A DNA stretch of 64,000 bases from an uncultured delta proteobacterium. GTDB lineage: Bacteria; Myxococcota_A; UBA9160; SMWR01. Shown piece after piece: positions 9,284-18,275 of the stretch. The position numbers and the translations under genes are program-made. Every line of letters starts with the position of its first letter. Positions within the stretch are counted from its first letter, which is position 1. Below the pieces are notes generated by a model. That model was not told the DNA's origin, ran no database searches, and was given only the letters and a program-made list of their open reading frames with translations. Location of the stretch: positions 224,001-288,000 of the forward strand of contig CAWHTE010000011.1 in the NCBI GenBank assembly GCA_963832165.1. The letters are read 5' to 3'.

Positions 9284-10113
9284 GACAGATCGTCTCCGCC
9301 CGCGGCCGGCGCGCGCAGCTCGAGCTCTTCGGCGAGCTCGGCGAGCGCGCGCGCGCCGCGATCACTGGGTGCATACTCGAACACCGAGAGCCCCTTCGAC
9401 TGCGCCTCGTCGATGCGCACGTGATATCCGATCACGCCGTGCGCGATCTCCTTCGGGAAGCGCTTCTTGAGCTGCTCGAGGATGTCGTGCGCGAGGTTTG
9501 TGCGCCGGTAGAAGGTGGGAACCACCATCGTGACGCGCAGCCGCGGGTGCCCGTAGCGCTCGCGCACGGTGGCGAGCGTGCGCATGAGCTCGGCGCAGCC
9601 GTCGAGTGCGAGATAGGTGAGCGGCACCGGCACCACGACCTCATCGGCCGCGCGCAGCACGTTGAGCGTGAGCGGGCCGAACGAGGGCGGCGCGTCGAAC
9701 AGCACGAAGTCGTAGCGGGCGAGCTCGGGCGCGGAATCGAGCGCGGCGGCGAGCCGTCCGGTCGGATCGTCATCTTCCTGCCACGCCGGGAACAGGCCGA
9801 GGCTCTTGTTCGCGACGATCAGGTCGAGGCGCTCGATGCGCGTCTTTACAACGGGCAGCACCGAAGCGGCGCCGCGCCGCGTGCGCGCGTTGCCGAGATC
9901 GCCGAGCACGGTGTCGAGCAGCAGGTCGATCGCCGTGCGCGACGGCGCGCGGTTGTCGACGCCGAACACCTTCGCGAGCTGGCCCTGCGGATCCATGTCG
10001 ATCGCGAGCACGCGCCGACCGCGGCGCAGCGCGAGATACGCGCCGAGATTGGCGACCAGCGTTGTTTTCGCGCTGCCACCCTTCTCATTGATGAACGCCA
10101 CGCGCCGCGGCAC
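9280..10113 (-). CDS. ParA/Soj family ATPase
   Basis: NEKGGSAKTT deviant Walker A, DMDPQG, FDAPPS, IDEAQSKG. Confidence 0.93.
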   Translation of the reverse strand: MPRRVAFINEKGGSAKTTLVANLGAYLALRRGRRVLAIDMDPQGQLAKVFGVDNRAPSRTAIDLLLDTVLGDLGNARTRRGAASVLPVVKTRIERLDLIVANKSLGLFPAWQEDDDPTGRLAAALDSAPELARYDFVLFDAPPSFGPLTLNVLRAADEVVVPVPLTYLALDGCAELMRTLATVRERYGHPRLRVTMVVPTFYRRTNLAHDILEQLKKRFPKEIAHGVIGYHVRIDEAQSKGLSVFEYAPSDRGARALAELAEELELRAPAAGGDDLS

Positions 10114-10163
10114 ACCAACCCCCCTCTCCGCTGTGGGTCACAGCAGGGATGGTGACACTTCCC

Positions 10164-10210
10164 TAACTAACTCCGGGCGCAGCGCGTGTCAACGAAAGAA
10201 TCGCGATTCT
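10164..10210 (-). promoter_or_regulatory. Putative sigma70 promoter (TTGACA-N17-TAGTTA) for the parA operon plus adjacent 14-bp palindrome AGAATCGCGATTCT
   Basis: Consensus -35 at 10187-10192, imperfect -10 at 10164-10169; perfect palindrome at 10197-10210. Confidence 0.55.
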
Positions 10211-10270
10211 CGTGTGATGAGAACGAGAAGTACGCGACTCAGCTTCGATGGGGCAGTGCACCCCCGCCCA

Positions 10271-11248
10271 TCAACCCTTCGCCTGATTCACCGCAGCGGT
10301 CAGCGCCGGCACGATCTCGAACAGATCAGCCACGACGCCGAGGTTGGCGACTTCGAAGATCGGTGCATCGGGATCCTTGTTGATCGCGATGATGTAGTTG
10401 GACGATTTCATTCCCACGAGATGCTGGATCGCACCCGAGATGCCGCACGCGATGTAGAGCTTGGGACTGACCACCTGGCCCGATGAGCCGACCTGATACT
10501 CGTGGGGGAGCCAGCCCGCATCGACGACGGGTCGGCTTGCGCCCATCGCGCCGCCGAGCGCGGTCGCGAGCGGCTGGATCACCTCGGGGAACTTCGCGGG
10601 ATCGCCCACGCCGCGTCCGCCGGACACGATGATGTCGGCCTTCGAGAGATCCACACCCTTCGATTCGGATTTCTTGATCTCGACGAACTTGCTCTTGAGC
10701 GCGCCCGCGTCCAGCGACACGGCGAGCGACTCGACCGAGCCGGACGTCGAGCCCGAGAACGGAGCGGTGGCGCCCGGTTGCACCGTAGCGACAACCTTGT
10801 CACCAGAGGTCGAGATCAGCGCGTCGAGCTTGCCGTTGAACACGCGGCGCTTGAGGCTGAGCTGGCCGTCCGCGAAATCGATCGCGAAGCAATCGGGGAC
10901 GAAGGCCGCATCGAGCGCAGCCGCGATCCGCGGCGCCACGTCCCACCCGCTCGGGGTGTTCGAGATCAGCACCAGGTCCGCACCGCTCGCGGTGATCGCG
11001 GCGCGGATCGCCGCAGAAGCCGTCTCGGCGCTGTAGTTCTGGAGCAGCGCGTGCTCGGCCGCATAGACGGTGCCGCCGCCGCGCTTCGAGAGCTGCTCGG
11101 CCTGGCCCGCGATGCCCTGGCCCATCACGAGGCTCTTCACGTCGCGGCCGCTCGCGCCGGCGAGCTTCTGCGCGAACGCGGCGAGCTCGTAGCTCGCCTC
11201 GCGGATCTGTCCGCCCTGGATCTCGGCGACGATCAGAATGCTTCCCAC
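10271..11248 (-). CDS. etfA: Electron transfer flavoprotein alpha subunit
   Basis: IIVSGGRG, GASRPVVD, QVGSSG, GISGAIQHLVG and AINKDPDAPIF; GTG start with GAGGAG RBS. Confidence 0.97.
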   Translation of the reverse strand: MGSILIVAEIQGGQIREASYELAAFAQKLAGASGRDVKSLVMGQGIAGQAEQLSKRGGGTVYAAEHALLQNYSAETASAAIRAAITASGADLVLISNTPSGWDVAPRIAAALDAAFVPDCFAIDFADGQLSLKRRVFNGKLDALISTSGDKVVATVQPGATAPFSGSTSGSVESLAVSLDAGALKSKFVEIKKSESKGVDLSKADIIVSGGRGVGDPAKFPEVIQPLATALGGAMGASRPVVDAGWLPHEYQVGSSGQVVSPKLYIACGISGAIQHLVGMKSSNYIIAINKDPDAPIFEVANLGVVADLFEIVPALTAAVNQAKG

Positions 11249-11295
11249 GGGTCGTCTCCTCTTCTCTGCAGCCCGAGCGGGCCGCGCGGGCGGGG

Positions 11296-12078
11296 CTAGA
11301 GAAGCCCCAGCTCCTTGATCTTGTTCACGAGCCCGGCCACCACCTCGGCGGTGGAGCCGGACAGGATGTCGGCGCGGTCGCCCTTCGGGGGGTGCGCGAT
11401 CTTCTGGATCTTGATCTTCGCCGCGGCCGCACCTACCTGGTCCGCGACGCCGAGATCGGCGGCGGTCTTCACCTCGAGCGGCTTCTTCTTCGCGGCCATG
11501 ATCCCCTTGAGCGACGCATAGCGGACCTGGTTCAGGCCGGTCTGCACCGAGATCAGGCACGGCGTCTTGAGCTCGACCACCTCGGACGCGCCGCCGTCGA
11601 TCTCGCGATCGACCGTGAACGTGCCGTTGCTGCGCGACACCGCGACAGCGCCCGTCGCGTGCGGAATGCCCGTGAGCTCGGCGAGCATCGGCGGCACCGA
11701 CGCGAAGTTGCCGTCGTCCGCCATCAGGCCCATGAACACGAGATCGGGGCTCTCGGCCTTCGCGACCGCGGCGAGGATCTTCGCGATGCCGAGCGCGTCG
11801 GAGCCATCGGTGGCCGGATCCTTCACGTGGATCGCGCGGTCGGCGCCCATTCCGAGTGCGGTGCGCAGCGCCTGGGTCACGCGCTCGGGCCCGATCGAGA
11901 CCACGAACACGTCGGCGGTGCCGGCGTCCTTGATCCGCAGCGCCTCCTCGAGCGCGTAGGTGTCGTAGCTGTTGATCTCGAACTTGATGTTGTCTTCTTT
12001 GATCCAGGTGCCGTCACCGTTGATGTCCAGACGGGCATCCTGATGCGGCACCTGCTTCAGACACACCATGATCTTCAT
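11296..12078 (-). CDS. etfB: Electron transfer flavoprotein beta subunit
   Basis: MKIMVCLKQVP, ALEEALR, ALGMGAD, RYASLKGIMAAKKK. Confidence 0.97.
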   Translation of the reverse strand: MKIMVCLKQVPHQDARLDINGDGTWIKEDNIKFEINSYDTYALEEALRIKDAGTADVFVVSIGPERVTQALRTALGMGADRAIHVKDPATDGSDALGIAKILAAVAKAESPDLVFMGLMADDGNFASVPPMLAELTGIPHATGAVAVSRSNGTFTVDREIDGGASEVVELKTPCLISVQTGLNQVRYASLKGIMAAKKKPLEVKTAADLGVADQVGAAAAKIKIQKIAHPPKGDRADILSGSTAEVVAGLVNKIKELGLL

Positions 12079-12196
12079 GGGGGGAGGCCTCCGGGGACGG
12101 GGTAGGGGAAAAGCGAAGACCCCGAGGCCGGGCGGCGCCGGGGCCGGAAAAACTCGGGAACGCTACTGGAATCGCTTTCGGTCGGCTACGGGCGGC

Positions 12197-12895
12197 CTAC
12201 GCACCCATGAACATCAGGAACTGATCGAGGCTCGCGACGCGCAGGAACGGGTTGGTGCGCTTCTCGTGACCCATCGTGTCGAACGGCTCGGCCGAGTAGA
12301 GGTGGCCCGGGTAGAGCAGCGTCTCGTCGGGGAGCTGCTTCAGGGTCCCGTTCAGGCTGTGGTACATCGCCTCGGGATCGCTGCCGGGCAGATCGACGCG
12401 GCCGCAGCTGCCCAGGAAGAGCGTGTCGCCCGAGACGAGCTTTCCGGGCTGCCCGGGCTCCTCGACGAGGAAGCACTGCGAGCCCGGCGTGTGCCCGGGC
12501 GTGTGCAGGAAGCGCACGCGGATCGCGCCTAGCTCGATCACGTCGCCGCCGCGCTTGCGGGCGAGGTCCGATTCGGACGCGCCCGTGATCTTCTTGGTGC
12601 CCTCGGCCTCGTGCTCGTTCACGTACAGCGGCATCGGCTGGCGCGCGAGCAGCCGGTCGACTCCCTCGATGTTCATGCCGAAGATCGATCCGCCGACGTG
12701 GTCCTGGTGGTAGTGCGTCACGAGCGCGCCGACCACCTTCATGCCGTCGCCCTCGGCTTTGTCGAGGAGCGCGTCGACGCTCCACGCGGGATCGACGATC
12801 AGGGCCTCGCGCGTCGAGCGGCTGCCCACCAGGTAGGCGAAGTTCGCCATCTGTCCGACGGCGATCTGCTCGAAGTAGAGCTCGCTCGCGCTCAC
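12197..12895 (-). CDS. MBL-fold metallo-hydrolase (glyoxalase II-like)
   Basis: THYHQDHVGG, HTPGHTPGS, SGDTLF, YPGH. Confidence 0.93.
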   Translation of the reverse strand: MSASELYFEQIAVGQMANFAYLVGSRSTREALIVDPAWSVDALLDKAEGDGMKVVGALVTHYHQDHVGGSIFGMNIEGVDRLLARQPMPLYVNEHEAEGTKKITGASESDLARKRGGDVIELGAIRVRFLHTPGHTPGSQCFLVEEPGQPGKLVSGDTLFLGSCGRVDLPGSDPEAMYHSLNGTLKQLPDETLLYPGHLYSAEPFDTMGHEKRTNPFLRVASLDQFLMFMGA

Positions 12896-13614
12896 GTGGT
12901 GCCGCCGAGAATGCTCTGGATCCAGTCGTCGAGCGCCGTGGTCATCTCTTCCGTCACCTCTTCCTGGGTCCGCCCGGATTTCTTGAGCACCTTGAACAGG
13001 CGATCGGCCTCGGGGATCACGTGCAGCACGGTCGGCGCGCCCACGCGCACGAGCGTCTGGCGCAGCACCTCGACGTCGCAGCTCGTGTCGCGATCTCCTT
13101 GCAGGAAGAGCGCGGGAGATACGATCCGGAACAGCTGTTCGGGCTGCAGCTCCTCGGGCTTGCCCGCGGGATGGAGCGGGTAGGCCATCAGGAACAAGCC
13201 GTCGACGCGCACGCGCGCGGCCGCCAGGTCGGCGGCGACCTGGCCGCCGAGCCCGATCCCACCCAGAAACAGGTGTGCCGGAGCCGCAGTCGGGTCGCGT
13301 CCGAGTGCGCCGAGTGCGGCGCGCATGGTGCGGCGCAGCACGGGCAGCGAGTCGGGTCGCCGTTTGCCCGCCTCCGCGAACGGGAAGTTGAAGCGCAGCG
13401 AGAAGTAGCGCCGTTCGGTCAGCGACCGGTGCAGGCTCTCGACCGCCTCGCTGTTCATGTCGCCATGGGCGCCATGCGCGATCACGACGCCGACGCGCGA
13501 TCCGGTCGGCCACCAGCGCGGGACGCCGAGCACAGCTGAAACCGCGTCGAGGCCGTGCAAGGGCTCCGAAAGCGGGATCTTGATCTCTTCGTAGCGGGAA
13601 GCAGGCTCGACCAC
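12892..13614 (-). CDS. Alpha/beta hydrolase (KANL3/Tex30-like)
   Basis: AHGAHG, RFNFPF, YPLHPAG, LQGDRD; the nucleophile elbow reads GGIGLGG and the expected His region reads EADRLF, so it may be catalytically atypical. Confidence 0.85.
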   Translation of the reverse strand: MVEPASRYEEIKIPLSEPLHGLDAVSAVLGVPRWWPTGSRVGVVIAHGAHGDMNSEAVESLHRSLTERRYFSLRFNFPFAEAGKRRPDSLPVLRRTMRAALGALGRDPTAAPAHLFLGGIGLGGQVAADLAAARVRVDGLFLMAYPLHPAGKPEELQPEQLFRIVSPALFLQGDRDTSCDVEVLRQTLVRVGAPTVLHVIPEADRLFKVLKKSGRTQEEVTEEMTTALDDWIQSILGGTT

Positions 13615-13669
13615 TGTCCCTTGGGGCCCCCGAGCGCCCGCACCTTAGCACGGTCACCTATCTTGCCGG

Positions 13670-13696
13670 CTTCGCTCGCCTTCGGCTCGCTGCGCG
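13670..13696. repeat. 27-bp dispersed REP-like repeat, copy 1 (CTTCGCTCGCCTTCGGCTCGCTGCGCG)
   Basis: Identical to 42042-42068; lies in a divergent intergenic region. Confidence 0.85.
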
Positions 13697-13761
13697 GAGC
13701 TTGCGCTCTAGATCCAGCGACGGCCAACGGATACTCTGGGCAGTCAACCCCCCGAGGAGTC

Positions 13762-14679
13762 ATGGAAAAGGTCCTGATCACGGGCATCGCAGGCGGCCAG
13801 GGACGCCTGCTCGCGAAGCGGCTGCGCGAGAACTTCGAGGTATGCGGCGTCGACCGCGTAGGATGGGATGGGGCCCCACGGGGGGTCAAAGTCCACGTCG
13901 TCGACATCCGCAAGAAGAAGTTCGAGGACGTGATCCGCACCGAGATGCCGACCGCGGTCGTACACCTCGGCCAGATCCGCCACTTCCGGACCCCGCTCTC
14001 CGAGCGCTACGACACCAACGTCCGCGGGACCAAGACGATGCTCGACCACTGCATCCACCACGGCGTGCAGAAGGTCGTGGTGATCTCGAGCTCGTACGTC
14101 TACGGCGCCTTCCCCGAGAATCCCTACTTCCTGGACGAGGATTCGCCGCTCTCCGCGAGCCGCGCGTATCCCGAAATGCGCGACCTGGTGGAGGTCGACA
14201 CGATCGCGTCGGCCTACCTGTGGCGCTACCCGCACCTGCACACCTGCGTGCTGCGGCCCGTGAACGTACTCGGTGGCTACGTGCACTCGATGATCGGGCA
14301 GTACCTCAAGCAGACGCGCGTCCCGACCGTGATGGGCTTCGACCCGATGATGCAGTTCATCCACGAAGAGGATCTGTCGGAGGCGATCGCGCTCGCGCTC
14401 GAGCACAGCCTGCAGGGCGTGTTCAACGTGACGGGCCCGGGCCAGGTGCCGCTGCACACCGCGATCCGAGAAACAGGGGGTCGCGCGCTGCCGATCCCCG
14501 AGCCGATCCTGCGCGCGGTGTTCGATCGAGCGTGGCGCTGGGGCTTCCAGCCGATCCCGCCCGCGGCGCTCGACTATCTCAAGTATCCCGTCACGGTCGC
14601 GGGCGACCGCTTCGTCGAGGCCACCAACTTCCGCTGCCTGTTCGAGCTCGCCGAGATCTTCCAAAGCGTGGCGCGATGA
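13762..14679 (+). CDS. NAD-dependent epimerase/dehydratase family protein
   Basis: VLITGIAGGQG, TNVRGT, SSSYVYG, GFDPMMQFIH; GAGGAG RBS. Confidence 0.92.
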   Translation: MEKVLITGIAGGQGRLLAKRLRENFEVCGVDRVGWDGAPRGVKVHVVDIRKKKFEDVIRTEMPTAVVHLGQIRHFRTPLSERYDTNVRGTKTMLDHCIHHGVQKVVVISSSYVYGAFPENPYFLDEDSPLSASRAYPEMRDLVEVDTIASAYLWRYPHLHTCVLRPVNVLGGYVHSMIGQYLKQTRVPTVMGFDPMMQFIHEEDLSEAIALALEHSLQGVFNVTGPGQVPLHTAIRETGGRALPIPEPILRAVFDRAWRWGFQPIPPAALDYLKYPVTVAGDRFVEATNFRCLFELAEIFQSVAR

Positions 14680-15575
14680 CCGAAGTCGCGCGCGCGTCCA
14701 GCGGCGGCATCTGGCAGTCGCTCTCGGACCTCGTGAGCGGCCTCCCGCTCTCGCTGCGCGAGCTGCAGGGCGAGCTCGAGGAGCGGCTGCACAAGGTGCC
14801 CAACCGCCTCAACGAGTACGGCTTCGATCCGTTCGGGCTGTCGCCGGACTGGGTGCGCACGATGGCGCTGCCGGCACTCCTGCTCTACCGCCACTACTTC
14901 CGCGTCGAGACCCACGACATCGACCGGATTCCGTCCGGGCGCGTGCTCGTGATCGCGAACCACGCGGGACAGCTCCCGTTCGACGGCATGATGCTCCAGA
15001 TGTCGCTCCTGCTCGAAGCCGAGCCGCCGCGGATCGTGCGCGCGATGGGCGAGTACTGGATCCCGCAGCTGCCGCTCGTGAGCTTCGCGGCCGCGCGCAT
15101 GGGCGCGCTCGTGGGCACGCCGCACAACTGCGCGCAGATGCTGCACCACGGCGAGTGCGTCGCGGTGTTTCCCGAAGGCGTGCGCGGCATGAACAAGCTG
15201 TACCGCGATCGCTATCAGCTCCAGCGCTTCGGTCAGGGCTTCATGCGCCTCGCGCTCGATACCCGCACGCCGATCGTTCCGGTGGCGATCGTCGGCTCCG
15301 AGGAGCAGAACCCCGGCTTCGCGAATCTCGAGGGCCTCGGGCGCCTGCTCGGAATGCCCGCCTTCCCGATCACGCTCGGCTTTCCGTGGCTCGGGCCGCT
15401 CGGCATGATGCCGCTGCCGGTCAAGTACCGGATCCATTTCGGCGAGCCGATTCACTTCGAGGGCAGTGCCGACGAGGACGACGCGGCGATCCAGACGCGC
15501 GTCGACGTCGTGAAGCACGAGATCACCGCGATGCTGCAGCGCGGCGTCGCCGCGAGGTCGGGTATCTTCCGGTGA
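14676..15575 (+). CDS. Lysophospholipid acyltransferase (PlsC-like)
   Basis: NEYGFDPFG, NHAGQLPFD, VFPEG; ATGA overlap with the upstream gene. Confidence 0.93.
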   Translation: MTEVARASSGGIWQSLSDLVSGLPLSLRELQGELEERLHKVPNRLNEYGFDPFGLSPDWVRTMALPALLLYRHYFRVETHDIDRIPSGRVLVIANHAGQLPFDGMMLQMSLLLEAEPPRIVRAMGEYWIPQLPLVSFAAARMGALVGTPHNCAQMLHHGECVAVFPEGVRGMNKLYRDRYQLQRFGQGFMRLALDTRTPIVPVAIVGSEEQNPGFANLEGLGRLLGMPAFPITLGFPWLGPLGMMPLPVKYRIHFGEPIHFEGSADEDDAAIQTRVDVVKHEITAMLQRGVAARSGIFR

Positions 15576-15592
15576 GGCCGTCGGGGGTGAGA

Positions 15593-16066
15593 ATGACGGA
15601 CGAGCCGGTCGTGATCGAGCTGAATCCGCGCGAGCAGCGCCTCTACGATCGTCTGCGCACGCGCGTTGTGAAGATCGCGGAGCCGGGACAGCCGTCGGGG
15701 ATGGCCGACATCCTGCTGCTGCTGCCCGACTTCACCGTGCTGCTCGCGCGCCTGCTGCGCGACCCACAGGTGTCGCGCCGCTCGAAGCTGATCGCACTGT
15801 TCGGGATCGGCTACGTGCTCTCGCCGATCGATCTGATGCCGGCTCTCCTGCTCGGGCCGCTCGGCCTGCTCGACGATGTGGTGGTGGTGACCGCAGCGCT
15901 GTCGCGCCTGCTCAACCACGTCCATCCCGACGTGGTGCGCGCGGCGTGGCCGGGGCAGGGCGATGCGCTCGACGCGATCCAGCGCGCGTCCATGTGGTGC
16001 GAGCGCTTCCTGGGTCGCAGATTGCGCGGCTTCGTGCGCGGCGCGCTGCGGTTGGAGCAGCGCTAG
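15593..16066 (+). CDS. DUF1232/YkvA family membrane protein
   Basis: LLRDPQV...YVLSPIDLMP...LGLLDD signature. Confidence 0.88.
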   Translation: MTDEPVVIELNPREQRLYDRLRTRVVKIAEPGQPSGMADILLLLPDFTVLLARLLRDPQVSRRSKLIALFGIGYVLSPIDLMPALLLGPLGLLDDVVVVTAALSRLLNHVHPDVVRAAWPGQGDALDAIQRASMWCERFLGRRLRGFVRGALRLEQR

Positions 16067-16070
16067 CGAA

Positions 16071-16994
16071 ATGAAGATCGCCGTGACGGGGGGCGCGGGG
16101 TTCATCGCCTCGCAGATCGCCGAGGCGTGCCTGGCGGCGGGTCACGAGGTGATCATCCTCGACGACCTCTCCAGCGGTAGGCGAGCCAATCTTCCGCAGG
16201 GCGCCAAGTTCTTCTGTGTCGACATCCGCGCGCCGGAAGTGGCCGAGATCTTCCGCAGCGAGAGGCCCCAGGTGCTCTCGCATCACGCAGCCCAGATGGA
16301 CATCCGCCGCTCGGTCGCCGATCCGCGCTTCGATGCCGACGTGAACGTGCTCGGCACCCTCAATCTGCTCGAGGCCGCGCGCGAGACGGGAGTCAAGCGT
16401 GTGGTGTTCGCGTCGTCGGGCGGCGCCGTGTACGGAGAGCCGTCGCTCGTTCCCATCCCCGAATCACATCCGCTCGAGCCGCTCTCGCCGTACGGGATCA
16501 CCAAGGCGACGGGCGAGCGCTACCTCTCCTTCTACCACGCGGTGCACGGCATCTCCTACGTCGCACTGCGCTATTCGAACGTATTCGGTCCGCGCCAGGA
16601 TCCCCACGGTGAGGCCGGCGTCGTGGCGATCTTCATCGAGCGGATGCTCGACGGCCAGATTCCGACCATCTACGGCGACGGTGCGCAGACGCGCGACTAC
16701 GTCTTCGTCGGCGACGTCGTGCGCGCCAATCTCGCGGCGCTCGAGTCCGATTTCGTCGGATCCGTGAACATCGGCACGGGGATCGAGACCGACGTCAACA
16801 CGCTGTTCTCACAGCTGCGCAAGCTCATGGGCTTCGGGCATGCGGCCGTGCACGCACCCGCGCGCGCGGGCGAGCTCCTGCGCAGCGTCATCACAATCGA
16901 GCGCGCGCGCGACGCGCTCGGGTGGCGCCCCGAAGTGACGCTCGAGCAGGGTCTGCGCAGCACGATCGAGTTCTTCCGCGGACGAGCGCGGTGA
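16071..16994 (+). CDS. UDP-glucose 4-epimerase-like NAD-dependent epimerase
   Basis: TGGAGFIA, YGITK (YxxxK), LRYSNVFGPRQ, TRDYVFV. Confidence 0.93.
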   Translation: MKIAVTGGAGFIASQIAEACLAAGHEVIILDDLSSGRRANLPQGAKFFCVDIRAPEVAEIFRSERPQVLSHHAAQMDIRRSVADPRFDADVNVLGTLNLLEAARETGVKRVVFASSGGAVYGEPSLVPIPESHPLEPLSPYGITKATGERYLSFYHAVHGISYVALRYSNVFGPRQDPHGEAGVVAIFIERMLDGQIPTIYGDGAQTRDYVFVGDVVRANLAALESDFVGSVNIGTGIETDVNTLFSQLRKLMGFGHAAVHAPARAGELLRSVITIERARDALGWRPEVTLEQGLRSTIEFFRGRAR

Positions 16995-17022
16995 TGGAAG
17001 CCGCGTCCTAGCCGGGTCGGAT

Positions 17023-18144
17023 GTGTCGCCCACCCTCAAGCTGCTCGCGGCGAGTCTCGCGTTGTCGCTCGGGCTGGGCGAGATCTGCGCGCGCCTCGTG
17101 CTTCCGCGCCCGGGCTTCACGCCGTTTCCAATCCAGGAGACGCGCGGCGTCGTGCAGCCCGACCCGGAGCGGGGCTACGCCTACACCGCGAATTACTCGC
17201 GCCATGTGGTGACGCCCGACTACGAGATCGACTTCCGGACGAATTCGCTCGGCATGCGCGACGTCGAGCCCGACCGCGTCGACCCGGGCGCTCTCCACCT
17301 GCTGGCGGTGGGCGATTCGTACACACAGGGACACGGGGTCGAGGCCGAGGAGGCCTGGCCCAAACGGCTCGAGGCGCGCCTGCCCGGCTCGCACGTCTAC
17401 AACACCGGGGTCTCCGGGTACGGATTGCAGCAGATGCGGCGCAGCGCGGAGGTCTTCTTCGAGCGCTTCGCGCCGCGCGCGATCTTCGTCGGCGTGTACG
17501 GCCACGGATACTCGCGGATCGAGGATCCATACGTGATGGTCGGAGACGGTGCGGGGCTGGTCACCCGGAGCGCGGCGGACGAGATCGATGTGCTCGAGGA
17601 CGGCTTTCTGTTTCCGTCGTTCCACACGAACCCGCTCCGCGCGGCTTCGTTCTGGATCGACCGCCACTGGTTCCTCGGCGGTCATCTGATGCATCTGGTG
17701 TTCGGGCCGCGCGTGCCCGATGCACCTCCGCAGCCTCCGTGGGAGTCGCCGGGACGAGCCGTGCTCGAGCGCGAGATGCAGCCGATGCTTCGGGAGCTCG
17801 CAGCACTGCATGCCGATGCCGAGCGCTGGGGCACACCGCTGGTCGCTCTGCTCGTCAGTCCCGCCGAGTCCGACGGCAGCTTCGCGCCCCTCCAGCGCGG
17901 CTACAACGAGGTGATCACCGCGTTCGCGCGAGAGCAGGCGATCTGCTGGGTCGACCCGATCCCGAGCTTCGTTGCGTCGGGCGCGGGGCAGTCGCTGCGC
18001 CTCGGCGTGGACAAGCACTGGAGCCCGCGGGCCCAGGACATCGCAGCCGAGCAGATCGTGTCCGTGCTCCGGGCGAGCCTGTCCGCGCCGAGCCCGGAGA
18101 CGCTTCCGTGTCAGGCGGCGGCTCGTGCGGTGCTGAATCGTTGA
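17023..18144 (+). CDS. SGNH/GDSL hydrolase-like membrane-anchored protein
   Basis: TNSLGMRD, VGDSYTQG, NTGVSGYG and DKHWS; N-terminal hydrophobic segment. Confidence 0.85.
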   Translation: MSPTLKLLAASLALSLGLGEICARLVLPRPGFTPFPIQETRGVVQPDPERGYAYTANYSRHVVTPDYEIDFRTNSLGMRDVEPDRVDPGALHLLAVGDSYTQGHGVEAEEAWPKRLEARLPGSHVYNTGVSGYGLQQMRRSAEVFFERFAPRAIFVGVYGHGYSRIEDPYVMVGDGAGLVTRSAADEIDVLEDGFLFPSFHTNPLRAASFWIDRHWFLGGHLMHLVFGPRVPDAPPQPPWESPGRAVLEREMQPMLRELAALHADAERWGTPLVALLVSPAESDGSFAPLQRGYNEVITAFAREQAICWVDPIPSFVASGAGQSLRLGVDKHWSPRAQDIAAEQIVSVLRASLSAPSPETLPCQAAARAVLNR

Positions 18145-18275
18145 GCCGGACGCGGCCCCGGGTCGCGGAATGTGTTTCACATCACGGCAACTCCGGGCCC
18201 CATCCCCCCGACCCGCGCTCTAAACCGCCCGCTCCGAACGACCGATAACACTGTCTGGCCAGTCTGGGGGTCGTG

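Noticed and set aside
10247..10272. Hairpin after etfA as an intrinsic terminator
   Set aside because: Bulged stem with no U-tract directly following; insufficient support.
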